Notes under the pieces: model-generated
Database searches by the model: none
What the model was told of the DNA's origin: nothing
Seen by the model: the letters and a program-made list of their open reading frames with translations, nothing else
In this document: piece by piece, positions 1 to 9,157 of the stretch
Layout: the number at the start of each line of letters is the position of its first letter
Numbering within the stretch: the first letter of the stretch is position 1
Assembly: GCA_913042035.1 (NCBI GenBank)
Contig: CAJWIN010000001.1
Location: 9,357 to 73,356 of the forward strand
Direction of reading: 5' to 3'
Length of the DNA stretch: 64,000 nt
Source of the DNA: an uncultured Gammaproteobacteria bacterium
GTDB taxonomy: Bacteria > Pseudomonadota > Gammaproteobacteria > Poriferisulfidales > GCA-002705445
Program-made: the position numbers and the translations under genes

Positions 1-407
1 ATTAAACCTACATTATTATTATTCATACCCAGATATTTTTTTTTAAAATCAGAAGCTTTTAGTTCAGGGAGCCTGAAAATTAATAAATTATCATTTGAAA
101 AGTTTTCTGAAATTTCTAAAATTTTCTTTTCAGCAGGTAAACCAACACTTTTAGTAAGAAATCTAAGTTCTATAATTTTTTTACTTGAGAAAAGCGATAA
201 GTTTGAGTTTATAGATTCAAAATCAGACCAATCAAAACTTTTCTCAACATAAATAATATCATGCTCAAGAAAATCTTTTTTTTTAGCTGACTTAATAATT
301 TTTTCTACACATAACTCTTCTTGATATACCTCATTTCCAGCTATAATGTAAATTGGCTTTATACTTTCTCTTAATTTATTATCTATTTGATTGTAATATA
401 TTTGCAT
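1..407 (-). CDS. holA: DNA polymerase III delta subunit (HolA), N-terminal part. The gene continues beyond the window start. It is not in the ORF track because no stop falls inside the window.
   Basis: Hand translation of the minus strand from the ATG at 407-405 gives MQIYYNQIDNKLRESIKPIYIIAGNEVYQEELCVEKIIKSAKKKDFLEHDIIYVEKSFDWSDFESINSNLSLFSSKKIIELRF with no stop to position 1. The pattern (Y-x-Q-L...L-x-P-IY-LL-G-E..L, later SLFS-K-L-L) matches HolA N-termini. In E. coli holA follows leuS-lptE. Confidence 0.55.
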   Translation of the reverse strand, partial: MQIYYNQIDNKLRESIKPIYIIAGNEVYQEELCVEKIIKSAKKKDFLEHDIIYVEKSFDWSDFESINSNLSLFSSKKIIELRFLTKSVGLPAEKKILEISENFSNDNLLIFRLPELKASDFKKKYLGMNNNNVGL

Positions 408-454
408 TTTAATTATATTAACCTATTAATTACTAAACTAGAATTATTTTATAA

Positions 455-1336
455 ATGAATATAAATAAAGCAAAAATTGGGATTATTGGCACAGGTATTA
501 TGGGCATGCCAATTGCTAAAAATCTTCTCAAAAATAAATATGACGTTTATGCTTATTCAAGAAACATTAAAAAACAAGCTCTTGTTGAAAAAAAGGGTAT
601 AAAAATTATCAAAAGTTTAAAAAACTTCTTTTATGATATTGATATCTTAATTTTAGCTGTTTCAGACACTAAGGATGTTAAGGAGATTTTAACTGGAAAA
701 AATGGCCTAATAAACAATATTTCTAAAATTTCGATTGTAATTGATATGAGTACAATTTGCCCTATTGAAACTATAAAAATATCAAAAAAATTAAAAAAAA
801 GTAACATTTCAATGGTCGATGCTCCAGTATCTGGTGGAGAGATTGGTGCTATTAAAGGAAATTTATCGATAATGGTTGGTGGCGAGGAAAGTATTGTAAA
901 AAAGATATTGCCAATTTTTAAAGTACTTGGAGAAAAAATAACACATATCGGAGCCTCTGGCTCAGGACAAGTTGCAAAAGCATGTAACCAAATAATTGTT
1001 GCCCAAACATTACAGGGGGTTAGCGAAGCTTTTATAATTGCAGATAAATTTAAAGTAGATAAATCAAATATTAGAGAAGCTTTATTAGGTGGTTTTGCTT
1101 ATAGTAAAGTTTTGGACATGCACGCTAAAAGAATACTAGATAAAGATTTTAAACCTGGATTTAAAACAAAACTTCATGCGAAAGATCTTAGAATCGCAAA
1201 AAATATAGCTAAGAGAAAAAACTTAAATCTTCCAGGCACAACATTAGTTAACATCAATATGAATAAATGTAAAAATCAAGGCCACAGCGAGAAAGACTCA
1301 TCTTCATATTATTATATTGTAAAAAAGAAAAGCTAA
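455..1336 (+). CDS. NAD(P)-dependent oxidoreductase of the 3-hydroxyisobutyrate dehydrogenase / tartronate semialdehyde reductase (6PGDH-like) family.
   Basis: N-terminal Rossmann motif IGIIGTGIMGMPIAKNL. The internal DAPVSGG...G-L-IMVGG motif is typical of HIBADH/GarR/MmsB enzymes. Length is 293 aa. Confidence 0.8.
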   Translation: MNINKAKIGIIGTGIMGMPIAKNLLKNKYDVYAYSRNIKKQALVEKKGIKIIKSLKNFFYDIDILILAVSDTKDVKEILTGKNGLINNISKISIVIDMSTICPIETIKISKKLKKSNISMVDAPVSGGEIGAIKGNLSIMVGGEESIVKKILPIFKVLGEKITHIGASGSGQVAKACNQIIVAQTLQGVSEAFIIADKFKVDKSNIREALLGGFAYSKVLDMHAKRILDKDFKPGFKTKLHAKDLRIAKNIAKRKNLNLPGTTLVNINMNKCKNQGHSEKDSSSYYYIVKKKS

Positions 1337-2037
1337 TGAAGATAATATTAAAATCAATACTATATTCACTTTACTTAATAAAAATGTCATGGAAAAACTA
1401 TTTGCCAGTAGCCTTTTATTTAATACTAAGTCAATTTTTTGTTATGTATGCACAAAGTCCTTACTTAGTTTTATTATTTTTTGTAGGCTATTTAGCAATA
1501 TCTTCGCCTTTAGTTATTAATATATTCAGAAATATCATTTTAGAAGATGATATAAAAAATAGTTACATAGAATTTTTTAAAAAAGATTATACGAAAATAT
1601 TTATTAACAGAATATATTACTTATTATCTTGTACAATTTTAATCTATATTATACATATAATAATATTATCGCCTTTTTTTCCATCTGATATTCCAAAAAT
1701 GACTATTTATTTATATATATTGTTCGCCTATATGATATATATCTACTCTAGAATAATGTTTATACTTCCGGGGGCAGCATGTGGATTAAAAAAAAATTTG
1801 AAAGATTCTTATTTATTTACAAAAGGAGAATCAATAAAAATTTATTTTCTGTATTTAACATTAATAGTGCCTTATGTAACTCTAAATATATTATTATCAG
1901 GCTATGAAAATTTACTCGAATATAGAGAAATTTTTGTATTTATATCAATTATTATTCAAATTATTTTTACAATAATCAGCACTGCTCTAGTTGGATTTAT
2001 TTATAAGAGTATTGATGTTCAAGAAAAGAAAGTTTAG
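1336..2037 (+). CDS. Hypothetical polytopic inner-membrane protein with about 6 predicted TM segments and no recognisable family.
   Basis: Strongly hydrophobic, with helices interspersed by short charged loops. The start overlaps the upstream stop (TAATG at 1334-1338), suggesting translational coupling with the dehydrogenase. Confidence 0.45.
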   Translation: MKIILKSILYSLYLIKMSWKNYLPVAFYLILSQFFVMYAQSPYLVLLFFVGYLAISSPLVINIFRNIILEDDIKNSYIEFFKKDYTKIFINRIYYLLSCTILIYIIHIIILSPFFPSDIPKMTIYLYILFAYMIYIYSRIMFILPGAACGLKKNLKDSYLFTKGESIKIYFLYLTLIVPYVTLNILLSGYENLLEYREIFVFISIIIQIIFTIISTALVGFIYKSIDVQEKKV

Positions 2038-2513
2038 ATCACGCTTCTTAAAATATTTATTATTTCGATTATAAGTATTTGTTCTATATCTGAAAAAATT
2101 ATCTCTTCTTCACTTGACGAGCTGTTAATGTTTGATGATGAAAAACTGTAATCTTTTGATTTAAACAATATTTTACGCTCAATTATAGCTTCACCTAGTT
2201 TATTATAAATTGAAACAACTGCAGTAGAAGTCAATGTAAACTCTCTATCATCAGCGTCACTAGTAACTGATGAAGTTTCTTTTTTGCGAAATGGGCCTTC
2301 AACTTTTATCAAATACTCAAAATTATCTGAGTCTATAGTAAACCCTGCACTTTTAAATTTTTGAATTATAAATTTTGAAGAATGCACTTCTAGTAAAGCA
2401 GTTTTAGAAGAATTTTCTCCTATTGTTTCAAGCCCTCCTAATTTATAACCGCATCCATTTAGGAGCAGTATAAAAAATAAAGAAACACATATTTTCTTTT
2501 TTAGAATATTCAT
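2034..2513 (-). CDS. lptE: LPS-assembly lipoprotein LptE (RlpB)-like.
   Basis: Signal peptide plus lipobox (FFILLLNGCGYKL; compare E. coli LptE LITAGCGWHL). It lies immediately downstream of leuS with a 4-nt overlap, the conserved leuS-lptE arrangement. Confidence 0.55.
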   Translation of the reverse strand: MNILKKKICVSLFFILLLNGCGYKLGGLETIGENSSKTALLEVHSSKFIIQKFKSAGFTIDSDNFEYLIKVEGPFRKKETSSVTSDADDREFTLTSTAVVSIYNKLGEAIIERKILFKSKDYSFSSSNINSSSSEEEIIFSDIEQILIIEIINILRSVI

Positions 2514-4924
2514 GATGTAACTATATTAACAAGTTTCTCCTGTATATAAATTATTTTTTTTATTTCTCTATTATTAATATATTTTTTTACGTCATCTATA
2601 TTTAAAACATAATTTTCTATACTCTCTTTCGATAATCCAGATTGTAATTCAATTTTTTTTCTCACTTTACCATTTATCTGAACTATTATTAAAACCTCAT
2701 CTTCTTTAACATAATCTTTATTAGCTTTTGGCCAATTTTGACTTTTATTAAAATCAATAATATTTAGGTGCTCAGATATTTCTTCGCATATGTGGGGTGT
2801 AATTGGATATAACATTAATATTAACGTCTTGTAGGAATCAAAAATAATTTCGTTAGATACAGTTTCTAATTTCATATATTTATTTATACTATTTAACATT
2901 TCCATGCAAGTTGAAACCACAGTATTTAAACTTATTCTTTCGCCGTAATCGTCTGATATTTTTATTATTGCTTTATTAGTAATTACTTTTAATTTTTTTT
3001 CGTCACTGCTTGATATGTTAGGTTTGGCGCTAGTTAAATTATTAATCTTATATCCTGTTGCCCAGACTTTATTAAGAAATTTATATGAGCCCTCTACTCC
3101 ATGATCGGACCATTCTAAAGAATTTTCAACTGGTGCTGCAAAAATTATAAATAAACGAACTGTGTCAGCACCATATTTATCTATAAGTATTTTTGGGTCT
3201 ACGGTATTACCTTTTGATTTTGACATCTTTGAGCCATCTTTTAAAACCATACCCTGCGTGATTAAAGATTTAAACGGTTCATTTGAAGCCAACATCCCCT
3301 GGTCTCTTAGTAGTTTATGGAAAAATCTCGCATATAGTAAATGCAATACTGCATGCTCAATACCGCCAATATATATATCAACTGGAAGCCAATAATTAGC
3401 TTCATCTCCGATCATACTTTTATCATCATTTGGAGAACAAAATCTAGATTGGTACCAACTAGATTCAAAAAAAGTGTCTAGCGTGTCAGTCTCTCTAATA
3501 GCTTTAAGTCCAGTTTTTTTACATTTTGTATATTTCCACGTTGGATGATGCTCAAGAGGATTTCCGCCTTTAGAAAAATCAATATCATCAGGTAACTTAA
3601 TAGGAAGTTCACTTTCATCAACAGGCAATATTTCTCCATCTTCTCTATAAATTATCGGTATAGGACAACCCCAGTATCTTTGTCTTGAGATTCCCCAATC
3701 TCTTAATTTATAATTTTTTACGGCTTTACCAACATTTTTTTTTACAATAAGATCTAATATAGATTTTGCAGCAGTTTTACTCTCTATATTATTGAAAATA
3801 CTAGAATTAATAAGTTTTCCATTCCCTGTATAAACCTCATCGTCCGTAACGTCATTACTTATAACTTTTATTATCTCTAAGTCGTACTTAAGAGCAAAAT
3901 TATAATCTCTTTGATCATGAGCTGGAACACCCATTACTGCTCCAGTTCCATAACCAGTAAGAACATAATTTGCAACCCAAATTGGAATTTGATTCATTGT
4001 TATAGGATGTATTGCATATATACCTGTAAATACTCCCTCTGGACCAACTTGTTCTTTATTGTTAGATTCTTTATTTAACAAGTTTTTACAATAAGCATTT
4101 ATATCTTTATCACATTTCTCAATAAAGTTATGATCCGCAGCAATGCCAATAAAAGATACACCAAAAAGAGTGTCTGGACGTGTGGTAAAAACAATAATAT
4201 CTTCATTTATTGAGGTTTTGAATGATAATTCAGCTCCGTTTGACTCTCCAATCCAATTTTTTTGCATAGTAATAACATTATCCGGCCAACTTCCTTCTAA
4301 TTCAGTTAGATCACCAAGCAAATCCTCAGAATAACTTGTGGTCTTAAGAAACCACTGGGAGATTTTTTTCCTTTCTATAACTGCTCCAGACCTCCATCCT
4401 TTTCCATCAATAACTTGCTCGTTTGCCAATACTGTATTATCTATAGGGTCCCAGTTAACAAGGGATTCTTTTTTATAAACAAGATTTTTTTTATATAATT
4501 CAATAAAAAACCATTGTTCCCATTTATAATAATTTTCAGAACAAGTAGAGATTTCTCTATCCCAATCATAGCTAAAACCCATAGATTTCAGCTGCTCTCT
4601 CATATTTTTTATATTAGAATTTGTCCAATCCTTAGGTGACAATTTATTCTCTATTGCAGCATTTTCTGCAGGTAGGCCAAATGCATCCCATCCTATTGGG
4701 TGCAGGACATTATCTCCAAGCATTCTATGGAATCTCGCTAGGACATCGCTTATAGTATAATTTCTAACATGCCCCATATGAAGATTGCCACTAGGATATG
4801 GAAACATAGATAAACAATAAAATTTCTTTTTAGTTTGATCCTTTTTTGCTTTAAAAGCTTTTGTTGAATACCATTTTTCTTGTATTCTGTTTTCAATAAT
4901 TTTCGGGTTATAAATTTCCTGCAT
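2510..4924 (-). CDS. leuS: Leucyl-tRNA synthetase.
   Basis: Class I HIGH motif (PYPSGNLHMGHVRNYT) and KMSKS motif (KMSKSKGN). The 804-aa length and overall conservation are typical of bacterial LeuS. Confidence 0.97.
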   Translation of the reverse strand: MQEIYNPKIIENRIQEKWYSTKAFKAKKDQTKKKFYCLSMFPYPSGNLHMGHVRNYTISDVLARFHRMLGDNVLHPIGWDAFGLPAENAAIENKLSPKDWTNSNIKNMREQLKSMGFSYDWDREISTCSENYYKWEQWFFIELYKKNLVYKKESLVNWDPIDNTVLANEQVIDGKGWRSGAVIERKKISQWFLKTTSYSEDLLGDLTELEGSWPDNVITMQKNWIGESNGAELSFKTSINEDIIVFTTRPDTLFGVSFIGIAADHNFIEKCDKDINAYCKNLLNKESNNKEQVGPEGVFTGIYAIHPITMNQIPIWVANYVLTGYGTGAVMGVPAHDQRDYNFALKYDLEIIKVISNDVTDDEVYTGNGKLINSSIFNNIESKTAAKSILDLIVKKNVGKAVKNYKLRDWGISRQRYWGCPIPIIYREDGEILPVDESELPIKLPDDIDFSKGGNPLEHHPTWKYTKCKKTGLKAIRETDTLDTFFESSWYQSRFCSPNDDKSMIGDEANYWLPVDIYIGGIEHAVLHLLYARFFHKLLRDQGMLASNEPFKSLITQGMVLKDGSKMSKSKGNTVDPKILIDKYGADTVRLFIIFAAPVENSLEWSDHGVEGSYKFLNKVWATGYKINNLTSAKPNISSSDEKKLKVITNKAIIKISDDYGERISLNTVVSTCMEMLNSINKYMKLETVSNEIIFDSYKTLILMLYPITPHICEEISEHLNIIDFNKSQNWPKANKDYVKEDEVLIIVQINGKVRKKIELQSGLSKESIENYVLNIDDVKKYINNREIKKIIYIQEKLVNIVTS
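3162..3395 (+). other. Antisense ORF inside leuS. Considered non-coding.
   Basis: Fully nested antisense to a highly conserved gene, with low-complexity composition. Confidence 0.05.
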
Positions 4925-4946
4925 TTTAATATTTTGTTATAATTAT

Positions 4947-4977
4947 TTTACAAAAGTTAACATAAGTTACATATAAT
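4947..4977 (+). promoter_or_regulatory. Candidate sigma70-type promoter for nhaA: -35 TTTACA at 4947-4952 and -10 TATAAT at 4972-4977.
   Basis: Read directly: TTTACA, a 19-nt spacer, then TATAAT. The predicted TSS is only a few nt before the nhaA ATG at 4987, i.e. a near-leaderless transcript. In a 70% AT genome such hexamers are common by chance. Confidence 0.25.
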
Positions 4978-4986
4978 GTCTGAATT

Positions 4987-6219
4987 ATGATAATAAATAA
5001 AGATACTCTCAAAATAAATTCTAACCTTAATCCAGCTAAGTTTCTTTGGACGTTTTTAAAAACCGAATCAGCCTCTGGTTTGCTCTTAATAATATTCAGT
5101 ATTTTAGCTATTATTCTTGCTAATTCTGATTTATCTAGTTATTACTATTCATTAAAAAATAGTTATATATCAATAAGTCTTGATAACTTCACCATAAAAG
5201 AGTCAGTACATCATTTTGTAAATGATGGATTAATGGCTATATTTTTTTTGGTTATAGGCTTAGAGTTAAAAAGAGAAATGATAAGTGGTCAGCTATCATC
5301 TGTAAAAAAAGTACTTTTGCCTGGAGTAGCAGCTATAGGTGGGATGGCAGTACCAGCTTTAGTATATTTGATAATTAATCACGATAACCCACAAGCTACC
5401 TCAGGATGGGCTATACCAACAGCTACAGATATAGCATTTTCACTTGCGGTATTAGCAGTTTTAGGCAACAAAGTGCCTGTAAGCCTCAAAGTATTTCTTC
5501 TGTCGTTAGCAATAATTGATGATCTTGGCGCAGTTTTAGTAATAGCGCTTTATTATACTTCTGAAATTTCTACTGGAAATTTATTAAGCGCATTTGGGAT
5601 TTTTGTTATTTTAATGTGGTTAAATTATAATAATGTAAGAATTGTAAGTATATATTTATTTGGAGGATTGTTTTTATGGTACTTCATTTTGCACTCTGGA
5701 ATACATACAACAATAGCTGGAGTTATTCTAGCGGCAACAATACCACTATCAATTAAAGATACAAATCATTCTCCTGCTAAATACTTAGAAGAAAAGCTTC
5801 ATACGTTTTCTGGGTTTGTAATATTGCCACTATTTGCTTTTTTCAATGCAGATATAAATCTAGATTCTATAAGTATGAGCTCGCTGTCAAACCCGGTACC
5901 ATTAGGAATTATGTTAGGCCTTTTACTTGGAAAACCCATAGGAATAACTTTACTTACATATCTCTCATTAAAATTAAAGATATGTTCTCTACCAAACAAT
6001 GTAAGCCTTATTGATATACTAGGCGTATCATTTCTGTGTGGAATAGGTTTTACAATGAGTTTATTTATTAATGCTTTAGCATTTCCAGAAAGCAATCAAA
6101 TTATTAATTTTGGGCAAGAATACTCAAAATCTGGGATATTTTTTGGGTCCATTTTATCTGGTATAATTGGTTATGTAATTTTAAAACTCAGGCTAAAAAA
6201 ATATGCAGACCAAGAATAA
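4987..6219 (+). CDS. nhaA: Na+/H+ antiporter NhaA.
   Basis: The N-terminal FLKTESASGLLLIIFSILAIILANS matches the NhaA signature (E. coli FFSSDASGGIILIIAAILAMIMANS). Multi-TM, 410 aa. Confidence 0.9.
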   Translation: MIINKDTLKINSNLNPAKFLWTFLKTESASGLLLIIFSILAIILANSDLSSYYYSLKNSYISISLDNFTIKESVHHFVNDGLMAIFFLVIGLELKREMISGQLSSVKKVLLPGVAAIGGMAVPALVYLIINHDNPQATSGWAIPTATDIAFSLAVLAVLGNKVPVSLKVFLLSLAIIDDLGAVLVIALYYTSEISTGNLLSAFGIFVILMWLNYNNVRIVSIYLFGGLFLWYFILHSGIHTTIAGVILAATIPLSIKDTNHSPAKYLEEKLHTFSGFVILPLFAFFNADINLDSISMSSLSNPVPLGIMLGLLLGKPIGITLLTYLSLKLKICSLPNNVSLIDILGVSFLCGIGFTMSLFINALAFPESNQIINFGQEYSKSGIFFGSILSGIIGYVILKLRLKKYADQE

Positions 6220-7231
6220 TACCATATATAAAACTATTTTAACTATAAGCGGTCTAATAATAATTTTTGCAGGTCTTAAAACTGCTGATAAAATTGTTGT
6301 TCCTTTTTTTCTTTCAATGTTTATTGCTTTAGTATCATTTCCATTATTAAAATTTTTTCAGTCTAAAAAAATTAATACCCCTGTGTCAGTTTCGCTTGTA
6401 TTATTAACAATAATATCTGTAAGCCTAAGTATAGCTGCTTTAATAGGAACCTCTTTAAATAGTTTTAGAAAATCACTACCCTATTATAAAGAAAAAATAA
6501 CAAATGAACTTGATGGGCTTGCTTCTTCTCTTGAGAAATATAATATTAATATTGATTCTAATTTTTTATATGAGTACATTGACCCTAATTTTCTAATGCA
6601 ATCTGTAGCAAACACTCTAAGTGCTTTTGGAAATGTCTTAACAAACTACTTTTTAATTTTATTTATAGTAATGTTTACCCTATTAGAGGCTGCCGGATTT
6701 TCAAATAAAATTAAAATAGCTTTTAAAAATAGCGAAAAATCTATTTCAAATTTCCACACCTTTAGTGAAAATATGAATAAATACCTTTCAATCAAAACTA
6801 TCGTGAGCATGATTACTGGTCTATTAATATATATACTTTTATTGATAGTAGGAATTGACCATGCAGTAATGTGGGGTTTAGTAGCTTTCTTTTTAAACTA
6901 TATACCAAATATTGGCTCTATCATTGCATCAATACCTGCAATAATAATTGCTTTTATACAATTTAATTTCTTTTATGCCGTCATAGTTGCTTTATTGTAT
7001 CTAGTTGTAAATATAGTTATGGGAAGTATTATTGAGCCAAAATATCTTGGTAAGGAACTCGGAATATCAACTCTTATAATATTTTTATCGCTAATATTTT
7101 GGGGGTGGCTGCTAGGTCCTGTAGGAATGTTATTATCTGTTCCACTAACAATGATTATGAAAATTGCATTGGAGAGTAATAATGACACAAAATGGATCGC
7201 CATAATGCTTAGCAGAAATATTAACAATTAG
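6203..7231 (+). CDS. AI-2E family transporter (UPF0118; PerM/YdiK/TqsA-like membrane protein).
   Basis: About 8 TM helices. The C-terminal GWLLGPVGMLLSVPLT motif is typical of the AI-2E family. Confidence 0.7.
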   Translation: MQTKNNTIYKTILTISGLIIIFAGLKTADKIVVPFFLSMFIALVSFPLLKFFQSKKINTPVSVSLVLLTIISVSLSIAALIGTSLNSFRKSLPYYKEKITNELDGLASSLEKYNINIDSNFLYEYIDPNFLMQSVANTLSAFGNVLTNYFLILFIVMFTLLEAAGFSNKIKIAFKNSEKSISNFHTFSENMNKYLSIKTIVSMITGLLIYILLLIVGIDHAVMWGLVAFFLNYIPNIGSIIASIPAIIIAFIQFNFFYAVIVALLYLVVNIVMGSIIEPKYLGKELGISTLIIFLSLIFWGWLLGPVGMLLSVPLTMIMKIALESNNDTKWIAIMLSRNINN

Positions 7232-7820
7232 AATTTAAGGCAAAGTCCTTACAAATTTTTTTTAGTTTATAAGAATTACCCCTAGATACTATAGATATTT
7301 TTTGCTTACTAGAAGGATAATTTCTAGAAAAATCTTTATCAATTACGTCCTCTTTTAAAAAAAAATTATTTAAAAATTTTTTTTTATTAAATTTTATAGA
7401 TTTAACGAGAAGTAATGGAGCATTAATCTTATTTGCAATTGATAGGGCTATAGAATCAGATGTTGAATCCCAGTTCGATGATATGTTAAGTTTTAACACT
7501 TCTTTAAAAGATGGAATCCATACTAATAATTTTCTTTTTTTATAATTTTTTTTTATATCTTCAATAGAATGAAGTTGTTTAAAATTTCTCAAATAACATA
7601 AATGATCATTTGTTAAATATTTCATAGCATTAATTGCTAAAATATGAGCTTGGTAATCATCATAATGCTTAATTTTTTGTTCTTTTCTGACTTGGTCAGC
7701 ATATTTTCCACCTCCAAATATAAGTAAAAAACTATTATCAAACTCAAGTTCTATAGTTTTTATCCATCTTTTTATATACGCAGACGACTGAAGACTTCCG
7801 CCAATCTTAATGACTACCAT
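7221..7820 (-). CDS. Amino-acid-kinase-fold protein (Asp/Glu/UMP kinase-like), short form, function unknown. It is the last gene of a four-gene minus-strand operon.
   Basis: N-terminal VVIKIGGS motif typical of the carbamate/amino-acid kinase fold, and an internal WDSTSDSIAL motif resembling the DTD-S-A motif of UMP/isopentenyl-phosphate kinases. It is only 199 aa, against about 250 aa for canonical members. It overlaps the pabB end by 7 nt. Confidence 0.45.
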   Translation of the reverse strand: MVVIKIGGSLQSSAYIKRWIKTIELEFDNSFLLIFGGGKYADQVRKEQKIKHYDDYQAHILAINAMKYLTNDHLCYLRNFKQLHSIEDIKKNYKKRKLLVWIPSFKEVLKLNISSNWDSTSDSIALSIANKINAPLLLVKSIKFNKKKFLNNFFLKEDVIDKDFSRNYPSSKQKISIVSRGNSYKLKKICKDFALNSNC

Positions 7821-9151
7821 TTAAATTCACCATTAGAGAAAAAATCAATAAAAATTGACACTTTGTCTAAGCTTTCATTGTACTCATCTTCGGGAATGGA
7901 GTCATAAACTATTCCTCCACCAGCAGCGAAATTTAATTTTCCCTTATACATCATTATTGTTCTTATACAGATATTTGTATCCATGTTATTATTTTCATTA
8001 AAGTATCCGATTGAACCGCAATAAACATCTCTTTTTCTATTTTCTAATTCGCTAATAATTTCCATAGACCTTTTTTTAGGTGCGCCAGTGATAGATCCTC
8101 CAGGAAAACAAGCTTCTAATATACTAATTGATGTACTTTCAGGATTTAATTTTCCATTAATTGTACTAACCATATGATGAACAGAAGCGTAACTTTCGAT
8201 ATCAAATAGCTTGGAAACCTTTACAGTGCCAAGTTCACAGCATTTACTTAAATCGTTTCTTAATAAATCAACAATCATTAGGTTTTCAGATATATTTTTT
8301 TCATCATGTTTTAGTATATCTATTTGTTTTTGGTCTAAATTGTGATCTTTTAGTCTTTTCATAGTTCCTTTTATTGGCTTCGTTTCTACCATATTTTCAT
8401 TTACAGAAATAAATCTTTCTGGGGATGAGCTTATAACATATCTTTCATTAAAACTTATAAAAGACGAATATGGCGCAGGATTTATAATTCTTATGTTTTT
8501 ATATATATCCCAAGGGTTGCCAAAATATTCGGCGGTAAAGTTTTGAGAATAATTAACTTGATAGCAATCACCATTTGTTATGTAATTTTTAATTCTACTT
8601 ATATCTTTTATATATTTATCTTTTGAAGTTGTTTGTCTAAAATTTGAAAAAAAATAATCTTTTGAATCCTTGATCAAAGTATTAATTGATGCAATTTTAT
8701 TAATAATATTTTCAATAAAATAATTTGTTTTTTTGAAAACTAGATTTGATTCTTTTTTTTCATGATCAACAATTATTGCCCAATCATAAAATCCTACAGC
8801 AATATCTGGAAAGTCACCATCGCTATCAATATTGTTCAGAGCATCATAACCAAAATAACCTATCATTCCTGAGCTAAAAGGAAGATCCGTGATATCTGAA
8901 TTTACGTTAAAGTATTTTTTAATTATATCAAATGGGTTGTCTTTAAAATGAGAGTCCACACCATTTTCGTTTATTGTAATAGAATTACCTTTGCTCAATA
9001 TAGTCATGTATGGATTACATGTTAGAATATCATATTTTCCAAATGATCCGACATCATTGCAACTATCTAAAAAAATAAACCAATTATTATCTTTCAATAA
9101 TTCTCCATATAGACAGGAATTTTTAAAGTATTTAATTTTAACTTTATTCAT
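7814..9151 (-). CDS. pabB: Aminodeoxychorismate synthase component I (PabB-type chorismate-utilising enzyme).
   Basis: C-terminal chorismate-binding domain (GGSITGAPKKRSMEIISELE, CGSIGYF, AGGGIV). It carries the PIKGT motif with the lysine that distinguishes PabB from TrpE. The 445-aa length is typical of PabB. Confidence 0.8.
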   Translation of the reverse strand: MNKVKIKYFKNSCLYGELLKDNNWFIFLDSCNDVGSFGKYDILTCNPYMTILSKGNSITINENGVDSHFKDNPFDIIKKYFNVNSDITDLPFSSGMIGYFGYDALNNIDSDGDFPDIAVGFYDWAIIVDHEKKESNLVFKKTNYFIENIINKIASINTLIKDSKDYFFSNFRQTTSKDKYIKDISRIKNYITNGDCYQVNYSQNFTAEYFGNPWDIYKNIRIINPAPYSSFISFNERYVISSSPERFISVNENMVETKPIKGTMKRLKDHNLDQKQIDILKHDEKNISENLMIVDLLRNDLSKCCELGTVKVSKLFDIESYASVHHMVSTINGKLNPESTSISILEACFPGGSITGAPKKRSMEIISELENRKRDVYCGSIGYFNENNNMDTNICIRTIMMYKGKLNFAAGGGIVYDSIPEDEYNESLDKVSIFIDFFSNGEFKW

Positions 9152-9157
9152 ATAGTT

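Noticed and set aside
3162-4334. Two small plus-strand ORFs (3162-3395, 4143-4334) inside leuS.
   Set aside because: They are antisense within a 97%-confidence leuS call and carry no conserved motifs.
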